DNA of 64,000 nucleotides from Candidatus Omnitrophota bacterium. GTDB taxonomy: Bacteria > Omnitrophota > Omnitrophia > Omnitrophales > Aquincolibacteriaceae. The notes beneath the pieces were generated by a model. That model saw nothing but the letters and a program-made list of their open reading frames with translations, was not told the DNA's origin and made no database searches. Of this stretch, positions 9,130 through 19,403 are shown piece after piece. The stretch is taken from NCBI GenBank assembly GCA_035368605.1, contig DAOSLF010000008.1, positions 1,964-65,963 of the forward strand. The letters are read 5' to 3'. The stretch's first letter is position 1. Each line of letters opens with the position of its first letter. The translations under genes were made by a program, and so were the position numbers.

Positions 9130-9274
9130 TTTAGCCTCCTTGGTTGGTGAAGTGACCTAATAGCAGCAATTTCTTTGATAGAAGGAATTGCGGTCAGATT
9201 ATATCGTCTTGTGAAGATATTGCACGCTTTTTTTTACGGTTACGCATAGGTGAGCCGAGGCATCTCCCGAGGGG

Positions 9275-11626
9275 TCAAATGTCGTCATGATGCGACAGGA
9301 CCTTGTGCTCATGGAAGGAGTCCCCTCCCCGGAGCTTCCTTTTAAAAAGCCGCTGCGGCCCAAAAGGCTTCAGCATCACGAGAAAGATCGGGAGCACGAG
9401 AAGCGAGCAAAGCAGCGCGAGGAAGATCGTGAGGCTCGTCAACACGCCGAAGTGGACGGTGATGCGGAAACTCGCGCACACGCTCGCCGCGAACCCGAGA
9501 CACAGGATCAGGGTCGAGAGCACCATCGACTGCCCCACGTTACGGTAGGTGTGATGCAGAGACTGAAGGTAATGGAACCGGTGGTGGAACTCCTTTTCGA
9601 AGCGATAGATGAACTGGATCGACGCATCGACCACAAGACCGAGGACGATACTCGCGATCATCGCGGTCGCGGTCGAAAGCTCGATCCCCGTGTAGCCCAT
9701 GAACCCGTAGACCGCGAGAATCGGGAAGAGGTTCGGGATTGCGGCCAGGAGTCCGAGCTTCACGGAGCGGAAGATCAGGGTGATCACGATCAGGATGGAA
9801 AGGAACGCGAAGATGAAACTCCTCGCCTGCTCATGGAGCAGGCTTTTCGAGATCTTCCCGAGAAGCACGACGTTCCCGGTGAGCTTGTATTCAAAAAAAT
9901 CGCTCAGACGCTCGTCCAGATAGGCCCGGATCCTGTCTTCGAGCGCCGCGCCCTTCGTCGTGCCGATCGCGCGCATGCGCGCCTCGATGCGGACCTCCCT
10001 GAAATCCGGCGAGATCATCTTCCAAAGCTCGGGGTCCCCTGATTTCGCCATCCCTTTGAAATAGAGTTTCAACAGCCCGGGGTTATCCGGGATCTCGTAC
10101 TTGTCATCATCGTCCGCCCGGGCCTCGTTGATCTTCTTGACGAGGGTCGTGATGGAGTTCACCTTGGCGATCCCATCTTCGCTCTCCATATAGGTTTTGA
10201 ACTCATCGAGCTTCCTCAGGGTCTTCGGATCGACCATGAGCTCGCCGTCCTTCCGCCGGAGAACGAACCCGAGAGAATAAACACCGGTCAGGTTATCATC
10301 GATGAATTTCGTCGCAATCGCGAGCGGAAGCTCCGGCTTCATCTGTTTGACGATATTCGTGTCAACCTCGATCCTCTTCACACCCTGGACGGAGAAGAAA
10401 ATGATGACCGCGGTCACGAGCAGGATCAGCCATTGCCAGCGGCTCTCGAGGTTCTCGATGAATTTGATCAGGACCCGGTTAAAGAAATGGCTTTCGTCGA
10501 AGGCGTCGACCTTCTTGGGGCGGTACGGGAGGATCGGCAACAAAAGGATCGTCAGGATGATCTCCACAAAATACGCGTAGAAGGTGCCGAGCGCGGCATA
10601 GAGTCCGAAGCTCTGGATCGCGGGGATACGGTTCAGGGCCAGCGACGCGAACCCGAGGATCGCCGTGAAATGCGTCAGAAGACATGGAAGCCCCAGCTGC
10701 TGGATCGTGAGCAGCACGGTTTCCCTGAGGCTCGCGTGATGCGGCCGGATTTCAAAAAACAGATTGATGAGGTAGGTCGCGTTCAGCACGGCGACAATCA
10801 TGATCACGGGAGCAAGGAGGGAGGTCATAAGATTCAGCTCCTGCCCGAGCAACGCGATCGTTCCGAGCGTCCAGATCAGCGTCGTGAAAACAATCGACAT
10901 GGAAAGGAACATGCAGGCGAAACTTCGGTAAATAAAAAAGGTCACCAGCACGAGAATGACGGTGATGATCGGAATGAAGACCATCTGGTCCCGGTGGATC
11001 AGATGGATAAACTCATATTGCTCGACCGGCGCGCCCGCCATATAGAACTTGAGGCCGGGCCGCTCAAAGTCATCCAGATACTCTCTCAATTGCTTAATGA
11101 ACACACCGTTCGCCGCGGAATCCTCGTCAGTCTTGAGATAGACGACAATATTCGCGATCTTGCCGTCACGGGAAACGATGTTGCTCAGGTAAAGCTCGTT
11201 CGAGAGGATGCTCTTCCGCATCTCGGCGACGCTCTTGTCGCCTTCCTCGACCTCTTTGAACGCCAGTTCCGTCTTGACGCCGAGGAATTTATGACGGATG
11301 TCCTGGGCATTCGCGAGACTGATCACGCGCTCCACGCGGTCGAAGCTCTGGATGCCTTCCGTGACCCGTTTCAGGATGCCGAAATTGACATCCGTGAAAA
11401 GGTCGTCGGTCGACATCGCGACCGCGATCATCTGATCGGAGCCGTACTTTTCGCGGTATTCCTGGTAGTACTTGTAATCGGCGGACTTCTTGATGAAAAG
11501 AGGCTCGATGGAGGGATCGACCTTGAGACGCAGGACCGCATTCCCCATGATGAAAAGGCTTGCGACCATGGCAAGCAGCATGGGCCAGCGGTAGCGGTCA
11601 ATGAATTCAGCTAATTTGCGGAACAT
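9275..11626 (-). CDS. RND-superfamily exporter (COG1033/MMPL-like, two 6-TM bundles with two large periplasmic loops)
   Basis: 783 aa. N-terminal LAEFIDRYRWPMLLAMVASLFIMGNAVLRLKVDPSIEPLF followed by a periplasmic loop. Two TM clusters of about 5 helices each. Architecture matches MMPL/HpnN-type transporters. Confidence 0.8.
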   Translation of the reverse strand: MFRKLAEFIDRYRWPMLLAMVASLFIMGNAVLRLKVDPSIEPLFIKKSADYKYYQEYREKYGSDQMIAVAMSTDDLFTDVNFGILKRVTEGIQSFDRVERVISLANAQDIRHKFLGVKTELAFKEVEEGDKSVAEMRKSILSNELYLSNIVSRDGKIANIVVYLKTDEDSAANGVFIKQLREYLDDFERPGLKFYMAGAPVEQYEFIHLIHRDQMVFIPIITVILVLVTFFIYRSFACMFLSMSIVFTTLIWTLGTIALLGQELNLMTSLLAPVIMIVAVLNATYLINLFFEIRPHHASLRETVLLTIQQLGLPCLLTHFTAILGFASLALNRIPAIQSFGLYAALGTFYAYFVEIILTILLLPILPYRPKKVDAFDESHFFNRVLIKFIENLESRWQWLILLVTAVIIFFSVQGVKRIEVDTNIVKQMKPELPLAIATKFIDDNLTGVYSLGFVLRRKDGELMVDPKTLRKLDEFKTYMESEDGIAKVNSITTLVKKINEARADDDDKYEIPDNPGLLKLYFKGMAKSGDPELWKMISPDFREVRIEARMRAIGTTKGAALEDRIRAYLDERLSDFFEYKLTGNVVLLGKISKSLLHEQARSFIFAFLSILIVITLIFRSVKLGLLAAIPNLFPILAVYGFMGYTGIELSTATAMIASIVLGLVVDASIQFIYRFEKEFHHRFHYLQSLHHTYRNVGQSMVLSTLILCLGFAASVCASFRITVHFGVLTSLTIFLALLCSLLVLPIFLVMLKPFGPQRLFKRKLRGGDSFHEHKVLSHHDDI

Positions 11627-11666
11627 GGCAGTTATTTTATCATAGAAGGCGAGGCTCCGGCCCTTC

Positions 11667-11966
11667 TCAACCCGCTCCGATCTTCACAAGTTTCCGTTTC
11701 GATGACACGCCGCCGATGATCGCGACATGACTTTTGGGAACATGGAAATGTTCCGCGAGGAGACGGACCACGGCTTCATTGGCGCGGCCTTCGATCGGGG
11801 GCACTTTGACCTGGATCCGGAACCCGCCGCCCGCAATGGCTTCGACCCGATCCTGTTTCGCGTTCGCCTTGACCGTCACCGAAACTTTCACACCCTCTGT
11901 CTCCGTCGTTTTTAAACAGCGCGCCTTCAAAAACCCGTTGTTGGGCGACGGGAATCTTGCCGCCAA
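11667..11966 (-). CDS. DUF167 (YggU/UPF0235) family protein
   Basis: 99 aa. VKVSVTVKANAKQDRVEAIAGGGFRIQVKVPPIEGRANEAVVRLLAEHFHVPKSHVAIIGGVSSKRKLVKI matches the conserved DUF167 core. Confidence 0.75.
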   Translation of the reverse strand: MAARFPSPNNGFLKARCLKTTETEGVKVSVTVKANAKQDRVEAIAGGGFRIQVKVPPIEGRANEAVVRLLAEHFHVPKSHVAIIGGVSSKRKLVKIGAG

Positions 11967-12012
11967 AATTATCCGTTGGGAACCTGGCCGTTTCTACGTT
12001 AGAATTCCCGGA

Positions 12013-12483
12013 ATGAAACGAAGTTCCCCAATGAAGTTCAAAATCCTTTTCGGACTGGTCGTTTTGGGAGCGGTCGTAATCCCGGTTGTTTTCTTCGCCG
12101 CGAAAAAGCGTCCGGCGGAGCCCAAAGGAACGCCATCCGTCATCGAATTCCGTTTCAGCCTCCCCCAAGGCTATCAATTCACTCCCGAGGCCCCTTACAA
12201 GCTGACCTGCGGAACGGACAACCCCGGCGTGGCCGCATTCGGCAAAGCCTGCGGCAGCGATTTTTCCCCTTTCAACCCGCCTTATAAAATTCCGTTCATG
12301 GCTAATCCCGGGAAGGCCACGGTCTCATTCAAAGGGGTCTTTTATTACTGCGAAAAAGCGACCGGTATGTGTTTTTATGAAACCTTCGAGACCTCACTCC
12401 CTCTGACCGTGGAGGGAAACGCCCCGCTCACCATCTCCCGCATCTGGAATCTCTGGCCCAGCAAAAAACCAACCGAGGGCTAG
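12013..12483 (+). CDS. secreted hypothetical protein (about 156 aa, signal peptide, several Cys)
   Basis: Start ATG at 12013 (or 12031). N-terminal KFKILFGLVVLGAVVIPVVFFAA. The longer track ORF from 11734 is antisense to the DUF167 gene and was rejected. Convergent with rmlC. Confidence 0.45.
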   Translation: MKRSSPMKFKILFGLVVLGAVVIPVVFFAAKKRPAEPKGTPSVIEFRFSLPQGYQFTPEAPYKLTCGTDNPGVAAFGKACGSDFSPFNPPYKIPFMANPGKATVSFKGVFYYCEKATGMCFYETFETSLPLTVEGNAPLTISRIWNLWPSKKPTEG

Positions 12484-12499
12484 GGACCTGCGGCAAGAT

Positions 12500-13090
12500 T
12501 CAGGGAACCTTCTGCCGAAGATTCGCACCCTGGGCTCCGGGCCCCGGGCTCCAGGCTACATCCCCAAGTTTGGGATACTTGCCATCTTTGTCGGACAGGA
12601 TGAACTCCCGGTCCAGCACCGGCCACGGAATCGCAAGCTGCGGGTCATTCCAGATTATCCCGCGCTCATGGGCCGGTGAGTAATAATCGGAACATTTATA
12701 GAAAAACTCCGTCCCCTCCTCCAGCACGCAGAAACCGTGCGCGAAACCTTTCGGGATGTAGAACATCTTCTTGTTCTCCGCGGAGAGGATGAGCCCGAAA
12801 TGCTTGCCGAAGGTTCCGGAGCCCTCGCGGAGGTCCACCGCAACATCGAAAACCGAACCCCGCGTCACCCGAAGCAGTTTGGCCTGCGCCTTCGGGGCGA
12901 TCTGGAAATGAAGTCCGCGCAGGACCCCCTTCCGGGATGAGCTGTAATTATCCTGCACGAACTCGTCCGTGATCCCGTTCTGCGCGAACAGGTCCCGCCG
13001 GTAGCTTTCGAAGAAATAACCGCGCGCGTCATCGAACACCTTCGGTTCGATAATAATCAAGCCGTCAATCTCTGTGCGAATAAAGTTCAT
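12500..13090 (-). CDS. rfbC: dTDP-4-dehydrorhamnose 3,5-epimerase
   Basis: MNFIRTEIDGLIIIEPKVFDDARGYFFESY...GLHFQ...KGFAHGFCVLEE is the RmlC cupin signature. Start moved to the internal Met at 13090, which has an AAGGAG RBS. Confidence 0.85.
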   Translation of the reverse strand: MNFIRTEIDGLIIIEPKVFDDARGYFFESYRRDLFAQNGITDEFVQDNYSSSRKGVLRGLHFQIAPKAQAKLLRVTRGSVFDVAVDLREGSGTFGKHFGLILSAENKKMFYIPKGFAHGFCVLEEGTEFFYKCSDYYSPAHERGIIWNDPQLAIPWPVLDREFILSDKDGKYPKLGDVAWSPGPGAQGANLRQKVP

Positions 13091-13179
13091 TGGCTCCTTA
13101 ACGGGACTCGTTCCCCGGGACGAAACGTTCATTTACATCTTTGAAATCCACGGACCCCAAGGCACCCCCGCTTTTGTTT

Positions 13180-13536
13180 TTATATGGTCAGGCGTTCGAT
13201 CTCTTCCGCGACACGGATGAGATCGAATGGTTTCTGAAGGAAGGAGTCGCGCCCCAGCGATTCGGCTTCATCCATCAGGTTCTGGTCCACGTAGCCCGTC
13301 ACCATGACCGTTTTGGTTTTGGGGCATTTCTCTTTCGACGCCTTCAGGACTTCGATCCCTGAGGCGTCCGGAAGTTTCACATCGATGAAAACGATTTCAG
13401 GCTGCATCTCTTCGAGGATCCGGATTCCCTGCTTCGCCGTATCGGCAGTCCGGACCACATACCCCTCTTCCTCGAGAAACCCTTTCACTTCCTCGACGAT
13501 CCCCGCTTCATCATCCACGATCAGAATCTTCTTCAT
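13180..13536 (-). CDS. single-domain response regulator (CheY-like receiver)
   Basis: MKKILIVDDE...FIDVKLPDASG...VMVTGY...KPF canonical receiver residues. 118 aa. Confidence 0.85.
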   Translation of the reverse strand: MKKILIVDDEAGIVEEVKGFLEEEGYVVRTADTAKQGIRILEEMQPEIVFIDVKLPDASGIEVLKASKEKCPKTKTVMVTGYVDQNLMDEAESLGRDSFLQKPFDLIRVAEEIERLTI

Positions 13537-13581
13537 GGCCTGTATGATACTCCATCCCCGCGCTCCGGTCCAAGGGCCGCC

Positions 13582-15933
13582 TCACGGCCGGTTCGGCCGA
13601 TTCCGCGCTCCGGGATCTTGCCGCGGGAACCGGCTTGACTTCGGAGCCTCTTCGTAAACGGGGAGCGTCAGCGTGAACGTCGTCCCTTCACCAACCTTTG
13701 ATTTCACGGCGATGGTTCCCCCGTGCAGTTCAATGATGTATTTGCACATGTAAAGGCCGAGGCCGGAACCCTTGCCGGACGGTTTTGTCGTGAACCCGTA
13801 ATTGAAGATCTTTTTCCGGACTTCCTCCGTCATGCCGCCACCGTTGTCCGTGAAATAGATCGCGACCATCTTGGGGTTCTGCGCGTCGGGTTCCGCACGC
13901 ACCGCGATCTTCCGGTGACGTTTGCCCGCCATGGCGTGGTAGGCGTTGATGAACATATTAAGAAAAACCTCCTGAAGCCGTTCGAGGTCCCCCCGGATGA
14001 GCGGGATACTGCCCGGCACGTTGAAATCCACCTCCGTCCCGGACAGGTTATCCAGATAGGTCTGGAACTGGACAAGCGGCAGGGTCTCTTCGAGTATCAG
14101 CTTGAGCGAGAGCGGCTCGAACTTGCCCTTTTCCGATTTCTTGAGAAGTCCCGTCAGCGTATTCACCACCGCCTTGATACGCTCGACGTTCTTTTCCATC
14201 TTGTCGAAAACATCAGCGATCTCGGCCACCTTCACATCGGGATCCTTCCTGTATTTCAGGATCGCCCGCGACACATTCATCGAAAGGATCGTAAGAGGGT
14301 TGTTGACCTCGTGCCCGACGGACGCCGCGAGGCGCCCCAGGGTCGCCATCTTCTGTTCGTGGATCAGCTGCGCCTGCGCGTCCTGGAGCTGTTTGTTCGC
14401 GCCTTCCGCTTCATCCAACGCCCGCTCAAGCAGCCCGCGCGAACGTTCGAGCTGCTCGTTGATCTGTTCGAGATCGAGCGAGCGGCGTTTGGTCTCGTCA
14501 TAGAGTCTCGCGTTCTCGATCGCGATGGCGGATTCCTGGGCAAGCGTGCAAAGGAGGTTCAGGTCTTCGGTCGAATAGTATTCCCCCGATTTCTTTTCGC
14601 CGAGCAAGAGAATGTTTTTCAGCTCCCGCCCCAGGAAGCTCGGTACGCAGCAGGTCGTCTGAAGGTACATCATGCGATCGCGGATCGCCTCGTAATCCCA
14701 AACGGATCCCTCCGTTTTCTTCCGCCGGTACTTTACGTCTTCGATCTTTTCCCGGATGCGTTCAATATCGACCGATTCTTTGTGGTGCGCAATGTAGTCG
14801 ATGAGGGGGTCGTCCTCATTCAGAACCAGCGAGTAGAACTTCTTGTCGTAACCGCGCTGGTAGGCAAGGTTGAAATCATTGCTTTTCGGATCGCGGATCA
14901 GCACCGCGGCATTGCGAACACGCATCTTCATCGTCACGAAGTGGATGACGAGACCCAGCAAGCGTTCAAGCGACTCGATATTTGACATCCCGCGCGATGC
15001 GTCTTTCAGGAGCTTGTGATAATCATGTTTTTTCCGGAACAGGAACCTGTCCGTAAGGTTAGCCAGCAGCTTCCGCGCCGGATCGAATCCGAGCACCACA
15101 AGGAACATGACCGCGAACCGGGCCCAATAGATCTGGATTCCGGAATACGGATCGAGAAGCTTCTGAATGCCGAAGGTACCGAGAAGCAGGACCAGGGACA
15201 TGAAGCCCCAAAGCCCCGCGAAGATCACCGTATTCCTCAGAAGTTTTTCGATATCCAGGAAACGATACCGGGAAATCGAGCACATCGCAACGAAGCTGAA
15301 GAGCGCCACGCCGTAGGGGCCGTAAGGAAAAGGGAAAAACCCGAGGCCGTAGACAGGCAGGAAACAACCGATCCCGCCCAGATATCCGAGCAGGTTCGCG
15401 CCCGTGAAGAACAGGGCCTGTTTTTTCCGGGCTCCTTCAAAGCTCAGCGCGGCCCTGATCAAAATGGTATGGGTGTAGAAGACCGTCACGCAAGAGAAAC
15501 CGAACCAGGCCGTGTATAACTTCCCGGCATCCGGAAAAAAAGGGAACCCGAACTTGGACGAGACCCCCGAAAAAAAGAGTTGGGGAAAGAAAAGAATGAC
15601 CGCCAGAAAAAAAAGGGTGCTGATGTCAAAGGCGCGAACCACCGGCGTCGTCTCTTTCCGACCGACATAAACGCACGTGAAATGCAGGAAAAAGACGGGG
15701 ATCAGGGCGGCGCCGGCATGGAAAAGCTGGCTAAAAAAAAGCGAGGCCGCCGGATCCCGGACGGTCGTCGCCAGCAGAACGAAGATCGCCCAGAAAACGA
15801 TGGCGCTCCCGTAGTGGACGAACTTGCGAATGATGACCTGATTGCTGCCGCGGTAAAAAACGATCCCCACGAGGGTCAGATTGACTAGGGCGGTAAAGAA
15901 AGTGGCAAACTGGTAATGATTAGCGGGGCTCAT
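13582..15933 (-). CDS. sensor histidine kinase: N-terminal polytopic membrane domain + GAF + HisKA + HATPase_c
   Basis: About 8-10 N-terminal TM helices. GAF-like middle region. H-box HEVNNPLTIL. N/G1/G2 boxes (NAYHAM, DNGGGM, GSGLGL). 783 aa. Confidence 0.85.
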   Translation of the reverse strand: MSPANHYQFATFFTALVNLTLVGIVFYRGSNQVIIRKFVHYGSAIVFWAIFVLLATTVRDPAASLFFSQLFHAGAALIPVFFLHFTCVYVGRKETTPVVRAFDISTLFFLAVILFFPQLFFSGVSSKFGFPFFPDAGKLYTAWFGFSCVTVFYTHTILIRAALSFEGARKKQALFFTGANLLGYLGGIGCFLPVYGLGFFPFPYGPYGVALFSFVAMCSISRYRFLDIEKLLRNTVIFAGLWGFMSLVLLLGTFGIQKLLDPYSGIQIYWARFAVMFLVVLGFDPARKLLANLTDRFLFRKKHDYHKLLKDASRGMSNIESLERLLGLVIHFVTMKMRVRNAAVLIRDPKSNDFNLAYQRGYDKKFYSLVLNEDDPLIDYIAHHKESVDIERIREKIEDVKYRRKKTEGSVWDYEAIRDRMMYLQTTCCVPSFLGRELKNILLLGEKKSGEYYSTEDLNLLCTLAQESAIAIENARLYDETKRRSLDLEQINEQLERSRGLLERALDEAEGANKQLQDAQAQLIHEQKMATLGRLAASVGHEVNNPLTILSMNVSRAILKYRKDPDVKVAEIADVFDKMEKNVERIKAVVNTLTGLLKKSEKGKFEPLSLKLILEETLPLVQFQTYLDNLSGTEVDFNVPGSIPLIRGDLERLQEVFLNMFINAYHAMAGKRHRKIAVRAEPDAQNPKMVAIYFTDNGGGMTEEVRKKIFNYGFTTKPSGKGSGLGLYMCKYIIELHGGTIAVKSKVGEGTTFTLTLPVYEEAPKSSRFPRQDPGARNRPNRP

Positions 15934-16615
15934 GAGAAAAAAGACGCCTTAAAGCTTTCCAGGGAAACAAGGCTCTGGTCTCGTTCATGCACACAACATA
16001 AGATTCCCCTACCTTGCGGACATGGTTCCTTTCTTCTCCCGGGAGCCACGTGTACTGAAGCGGGATGTACAGGCAAAGAGCGAAAAGGAATCCCAGGATC
16101 GAGTTAAGAATAAGCGGAATGCTCAGGACCTCCAGGAAAATAGCCGCGCAAATCGGATGATGGATGTACCTGCAGGGCCCAAGGCGGATCACGCCCTCTT
16201 TGCTCGCTTTCCCGGCGCCGATCGCATGGACGGCCCACTGGCTTCCGAGCGCCTTCATCCCCCACCACCGCAAGCGGAAGGAAACGGCATAAAGGATCAC
16301 TCCGATCACCGTAATAGCCAGGGAAAGCGCGGGTCGGAAGATGAACCCCTCCGCACAGCTCAGAAAACAAAGAACAATGTAGGCCGGCGTTGTCGCGATA
16401 AGGGTCCAGTCGCCGTGCAACTCGCACGGACGCCGTTCCTTGGGCGTGTAAAACGTTTCCCACACCCTCTCAAATGAATGGAGGACAATGAAGACGAGAA
16501 AAAAAAGACGGAAAGTTCCTTTTTCGGAGAGGGCAAAGAAAATGCCGGCAAAAAACGGGACCCCCACCGCGCCCAAAAATGCCGGGGCCTGGATCCAGGA
16601 TGTTTTTTTTGACAT
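15920..16615 (-). CDS. ICMT/PEMT-family integral membrane methyltransferase (isoprenylcysteine carboxyl methyltransferase-like)
   Basis: Polytopic protein with C-terminal GVIRLGPCRYIHHPICAAIFLEVL matching the RHPxY...EE SAM-binding motif of ICMT/phospholipid methyltransferases. 231 aa. Overlaps the histidine kinase start by 14 bp. Confidence 0.6.
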   Translation of the reverse strand: MSKKTSWIQAPAFLGAVGVPFFAGIFFALSEKGTFRLFFLVFIVLHSFERVWETFYTPKERRPCELHGDWTLIATTPAYIVLCFLSCAEGFIFRPALSLAITVIGVILYAVSFRLRWWGMKALGSQWAVHAIGAGKASKEGVIRLGPCRYIHHPICAAIFLEVLSIPLILNSILGFLFALCLYIPLQYTWLPGEERNHVRKVGESYVVCMNETRALFPWKALRRLFSHEPR

Positions 16616-16619
16616 GATT

Positions 16620-17066
16620 TCAATCCCTCCGATGGTAGTCGGGGATCACGGCTAATATTTCCCCAGGGACCGGGGCGAACCCATTACGCAGGGAATCCAC
16701 GAATACGACCGCATACCCGGTCCTGCAAAAGAGATCGCCGCTGTTTTTCCGGTAGAACGAAACGATCATATCGAAACTGACGCGACCGATCTTGCCGACC
16801 GTCAACCGGGCCTCGATCGAATCGCCAAAACTCGCCCCCGGGAACATCTCGAGATTAATCTTGCTTGCCATCATCTTGATCGGGCGGGACGACACCTCCG
16901 GAAAACTATCGATCGTTGACTGGAAAAAAGCCTCCCGGACATAATTGGTCCACTCGTCAACGACGATCAGATCCACGGTTTTTTGGGCAAGGGAGATCGC
17001 TTCTTCCCCGCTTCGCGCGACCGGCACACGGCGCCTTGTTTTTTCAGCAACTGCCCGACCGAACAT
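16620..17066 (-). CDS. hotdog-fold (4HBT/YbgC-like) thioesterase; 5' region appears frameshifted relative to an upstream receiver-like start (see findings)
   Basis: C-terminal SFGDSIEARLTVGKIGRVSFDMIVSFYRKNSGDLFCRTGYAVVFVD matches 4HBT thioesterases. N-terminal VARSGEEAISLAQKTVDLIVVD looks like a receiver domain. A strong RBS+ATG at 17109 opens a receiver-like start (MPKTILLVDD) in another frame. Confidence 0.5.
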   Translation of the reverse strand: MFGRAVAEKTRRRVPVARSGEEAISLAQKTVDLIVVDEWTNYVREAFFQSTIDSFPEVSSRPIKMMASKINLEMFPGASFGDSIEARLTVGKIGRVSFDMIVSFYRKNSGDLFCRTGYAVVFVDSLRNGFAPVPGEILAVIPDYHRRD

Positions 17067-17216
17067 GTCACAAGGTCTTTGTCATCGACAAGGAGGATCG
17101 TTTTGGGCATCGGGGTACCCTCCTCTTCACTTTTGTATCGGTCTTTTGCGATTTAACTGTAGTAGGAGGGCCCGGTTAGGCGGGGCAAAGACGCTATCGT
17201 GACGGGAGCAAAAAGG

Positions 17217-19403
17217 TCACGATCGCGGGAATCGGATCACAAACACAGAACCCTTCCCGGGTTCAGACTGGGCCGTAATCGAAGCCCCGTGACGTTTGAG
17301 GATTCCGAAGCTCACGGAAAGACCGAGACCGGTCCCTCCCCCCACATCTTTAGTCGTAAAGAAGGGGTCAAAGATCTTCTTAAGGTTCTCCTTTGAGATA
17401 CCGATGCCGTTATCGGTCACGCGAAGCTCAACCGCCTCCCCCGCCTCTTGTATGCCAACCACGATCTTTCCCGTACGCTTCGCGGCCAGGATAGCATCCT
17501 TCGCATTCACGAGGAGATTCGTAAAAACCTGTTCCAGCTCGCCGGAGATCCCTTTTACGGGAGGCGTGTCCACAAGCTCGGTCTCGATCGTGATATTCTC
17601 CTGCTGGAACTGGAACTTGAGGAGGGCAACCGTGCTTTTCACAACCTCCCGAAGGTCCGTGTCCTTCAGCGGGGATTCTTCCGCGGTCTTCCGGGCGTAT
17701 TTCATGAGCTTCTGCACGATCCCCTGACAGCGCTTCGCCCCCTCCTCGATCAGCGAGATCGATTCCATATCGTCTTCCCCCGCACTCATGCGGAGGATCT
17801 GGGCATTGGTGAGCACCGCCGTAAGCGGATTATTGATCTCATGCGCCACGCCGCCCGCGAGTGTGCCGAGCGTGGCAAGCTTCTCGGCCTGCACAAGCTG
17901 TTCCTGCATCTTCGCGAGTTCACGCGTCCGCTGATCCACCCTCTCTTCCAGGACCTGGTTCCAAAGCTGAAGTTCATCGCTCAGTTTCCGGATATCCTCA
18001 AACCGCACCGAATTCGAAAGGGCAATCGTGACGGGCACCTTGAGACGGTTCAGGAAGTGAATCTCGTTAAATCCGTAGCGGCGCAGGTTGCTTTTTCGGC
18101 CGAGATTCGCAAAGCCGATAAGCCGCCCTCCCAGAACAAACGGTAAAATGACCTGAGACTGTGTTTCCGCAAAAAACGACTCCAGCTCGGATTTAAATCC
18201 TCCCACCGCCGGATCGCTCACAACAAGCGTTCCGACCACGGCCCCGTCCGTCGCGGTCAGCCACTCCAGGAGCGGGCTATGCCCCACGACCGGGCGAAGG
18301 TTCCGTATTCCCTTTGCGATCGCGGGAAGGAATCTCTTGGTCGAATCGTCATAAAGATAAACGGAAAGGCGGCGGACAAAAAGCTCGTGGCGCAGCAGGC
18401 GCGCGAAGCTTTGGAGGAGGTCCCGGAGATTCTTCAGATGCACGAGCTCGGCCGAAAAGCGCTCGAGGACGGCCATCAGGTTCGTATGCTGCCGTTGAAA
18501 AAGTTTCCCCAAACGCGGCTGGACCGCCCGATAGTAGAAATAGAACACAAAGAGCATCGCGAGAAAATAAAGGCTCGCGGCCAACGGACTGAGGTCCGCC
18601 ATCATCGGCTGTATCGTATAAATGATACCGGCGAACGGAAGCACCGCGACTGCGCTCGTCGTAACCCACATCACCGTCATGTGAATCGCGGTCTCGATAT
18701 CCATGAGACGGTAGCGGATCACGCAGTACCCGATGATCGTCGTAAAAAGGAACATGGGAAGGAACGCAACGGGGAACGCACGGATGCCGTAATTGGGAAG
18801 ATATTCGATGGAACCAAGAAAGGCGATCGCATAGGCAATGAACATCAGCTTTGTGTTCTTCTTGAGAAGAGGTGCTTCGGCCTCGCGATGGATGCGCAAA
18901 AAATTCTTGAAGGAAAGGATCATGAGGGCGTAGAACCACACGATGAAAACGGCCTCAAGCGGTCCCGCCTTCGGGAAAAAGCCGGTCGGATACGGATACA
19001 TCCCTTCCACGATCCCGGGCGTCAGGCCGCAGATAAGGTAGAATCCGAGCGCGCAGAGGTAGTGGAAGACGATCCATTTCACCTTGCGCCTGAAAAGGCT
19101 GGCGTTCCAGGTCACGATGAAAAAGTACACGGCAGGCGTGATGAAGATGATGCCGAACCAGGTATACCATCGCGAGAAAACGGTCGCGACCGCCTCATCC
19201 GTCATCGAACACGCGATCCCGACGCCCGTGAGCCAGATGCCGGCCGTGACATTCGTCACCGTGTAGGCGATGTGCGTCACGGTCTTTTTCCCCTGAAAAA
19301 GCACAAAGAGCCCTTCGAGCGTGATCAGGACGCCAACGATGAAGTGAGGGAGGGCGTAGTTATTCCAGTAGAAAAGCTGCGGATCAAAAATAGAGTTCAT
19401 CAT
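17217..19403 (-). CDS. sensor histidine kinase: polytopic membrane domain + GAF + HisKA + HATPase_c (paralog of 13582..15933)
   Basis: About 10 TM helices at the N-terminus. GAF region. H-box [11 protein letters not shown]. HATPase G-boxes ([14 protein letters not shown]). 728 aa. Confidence 0.85.
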   Translation of the reverse strand: MMNSIFDPQLFYWNNYALPHFIVGVLITLEGLFVLFQGKKTVTHIAYTVTNVTAGIWLTGVGIACSMTDEAVATVFSRWYTWFGIIFITPAVYFFIVTWNASLFRRKVKWIVFHYLCALGFYLICGLTPGIVEGMYPYPTGFFPKAGPLEAVFIVWFYALMILSFKNFLRIHREAEAPLLKKNTKLMFIAYAIAFLGSIEYLPNYGIRAFPVAFLPMFLFTTIIGYCVIRYRLMDIETAIHMTVMWVTTSAVAVLPFAGIIYTIQPMMADLSPLAASLYFLAMLFVFYFYYRAVQPRLGKLFQRQHTNLMAVLERFSAELVHLKNLRDLLQSFARLLRHELFVRRLSVYLYDDSTKRFLPAIAKGIRNLRPVVGHSPLLEWLTATDGAVVGTLVVSDPAVGGFKSELESFFAETQSQVILPFVLGGRLIGFANLGRKSNLRRYGFNEIHFLNRLKVPVTIALSNSVRFEDIRKLSDELQLWNQVLEERVDQRTRELAKMQEQLVQAEKLATLGTLAGGVAHEINNPLTAVLTNAQILRMSAGEDDMESISLIEEGAKRCQGIVQKLMKYARKTAEESPLKDTDLREVVKSTVALLKFQFQQENITIETELVDTPPVKGISGELEQVFTNLLVNAKDAILAAKRTGKIVVGIQEAGEAVELRVTDNGIGISKENLKKIFDPFFTTKDVGGGTGLGLSVSFGILKRHGASITAQSEPGKGSVFVIRFPRS

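Noticed and set aside
7732-9150. 472-aa plus-strand ORF
   Set aside because: Antisense to the DUF11 lipoprotein gene. Arg/Gly-rich. No RBS.
10433-11614. 393-aa plus-strand ORF
   Set aside because: Antisense to the RND-superfamily exporter. Charged low-complexity translation.
11734-12012. 5' extension of the plus-strand ORF 11734..12483
   Set aside because: Antisense to the conserved DUF167 gene. The real gene more plausibly starts at the ATG at 12013 or 12031, just before a signal-peptide-like segment.
13090-13180. Possible terminator between rmlC and the receiver gene
   Set aside because: No convincing stem-loop followed by a T-run on either strand. The short gap may just carry an internal promoter or RBS.
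13723-14985. 420-aa plus-strand ORF
   Set aside because: Antisense to the sensor histidine kinase.
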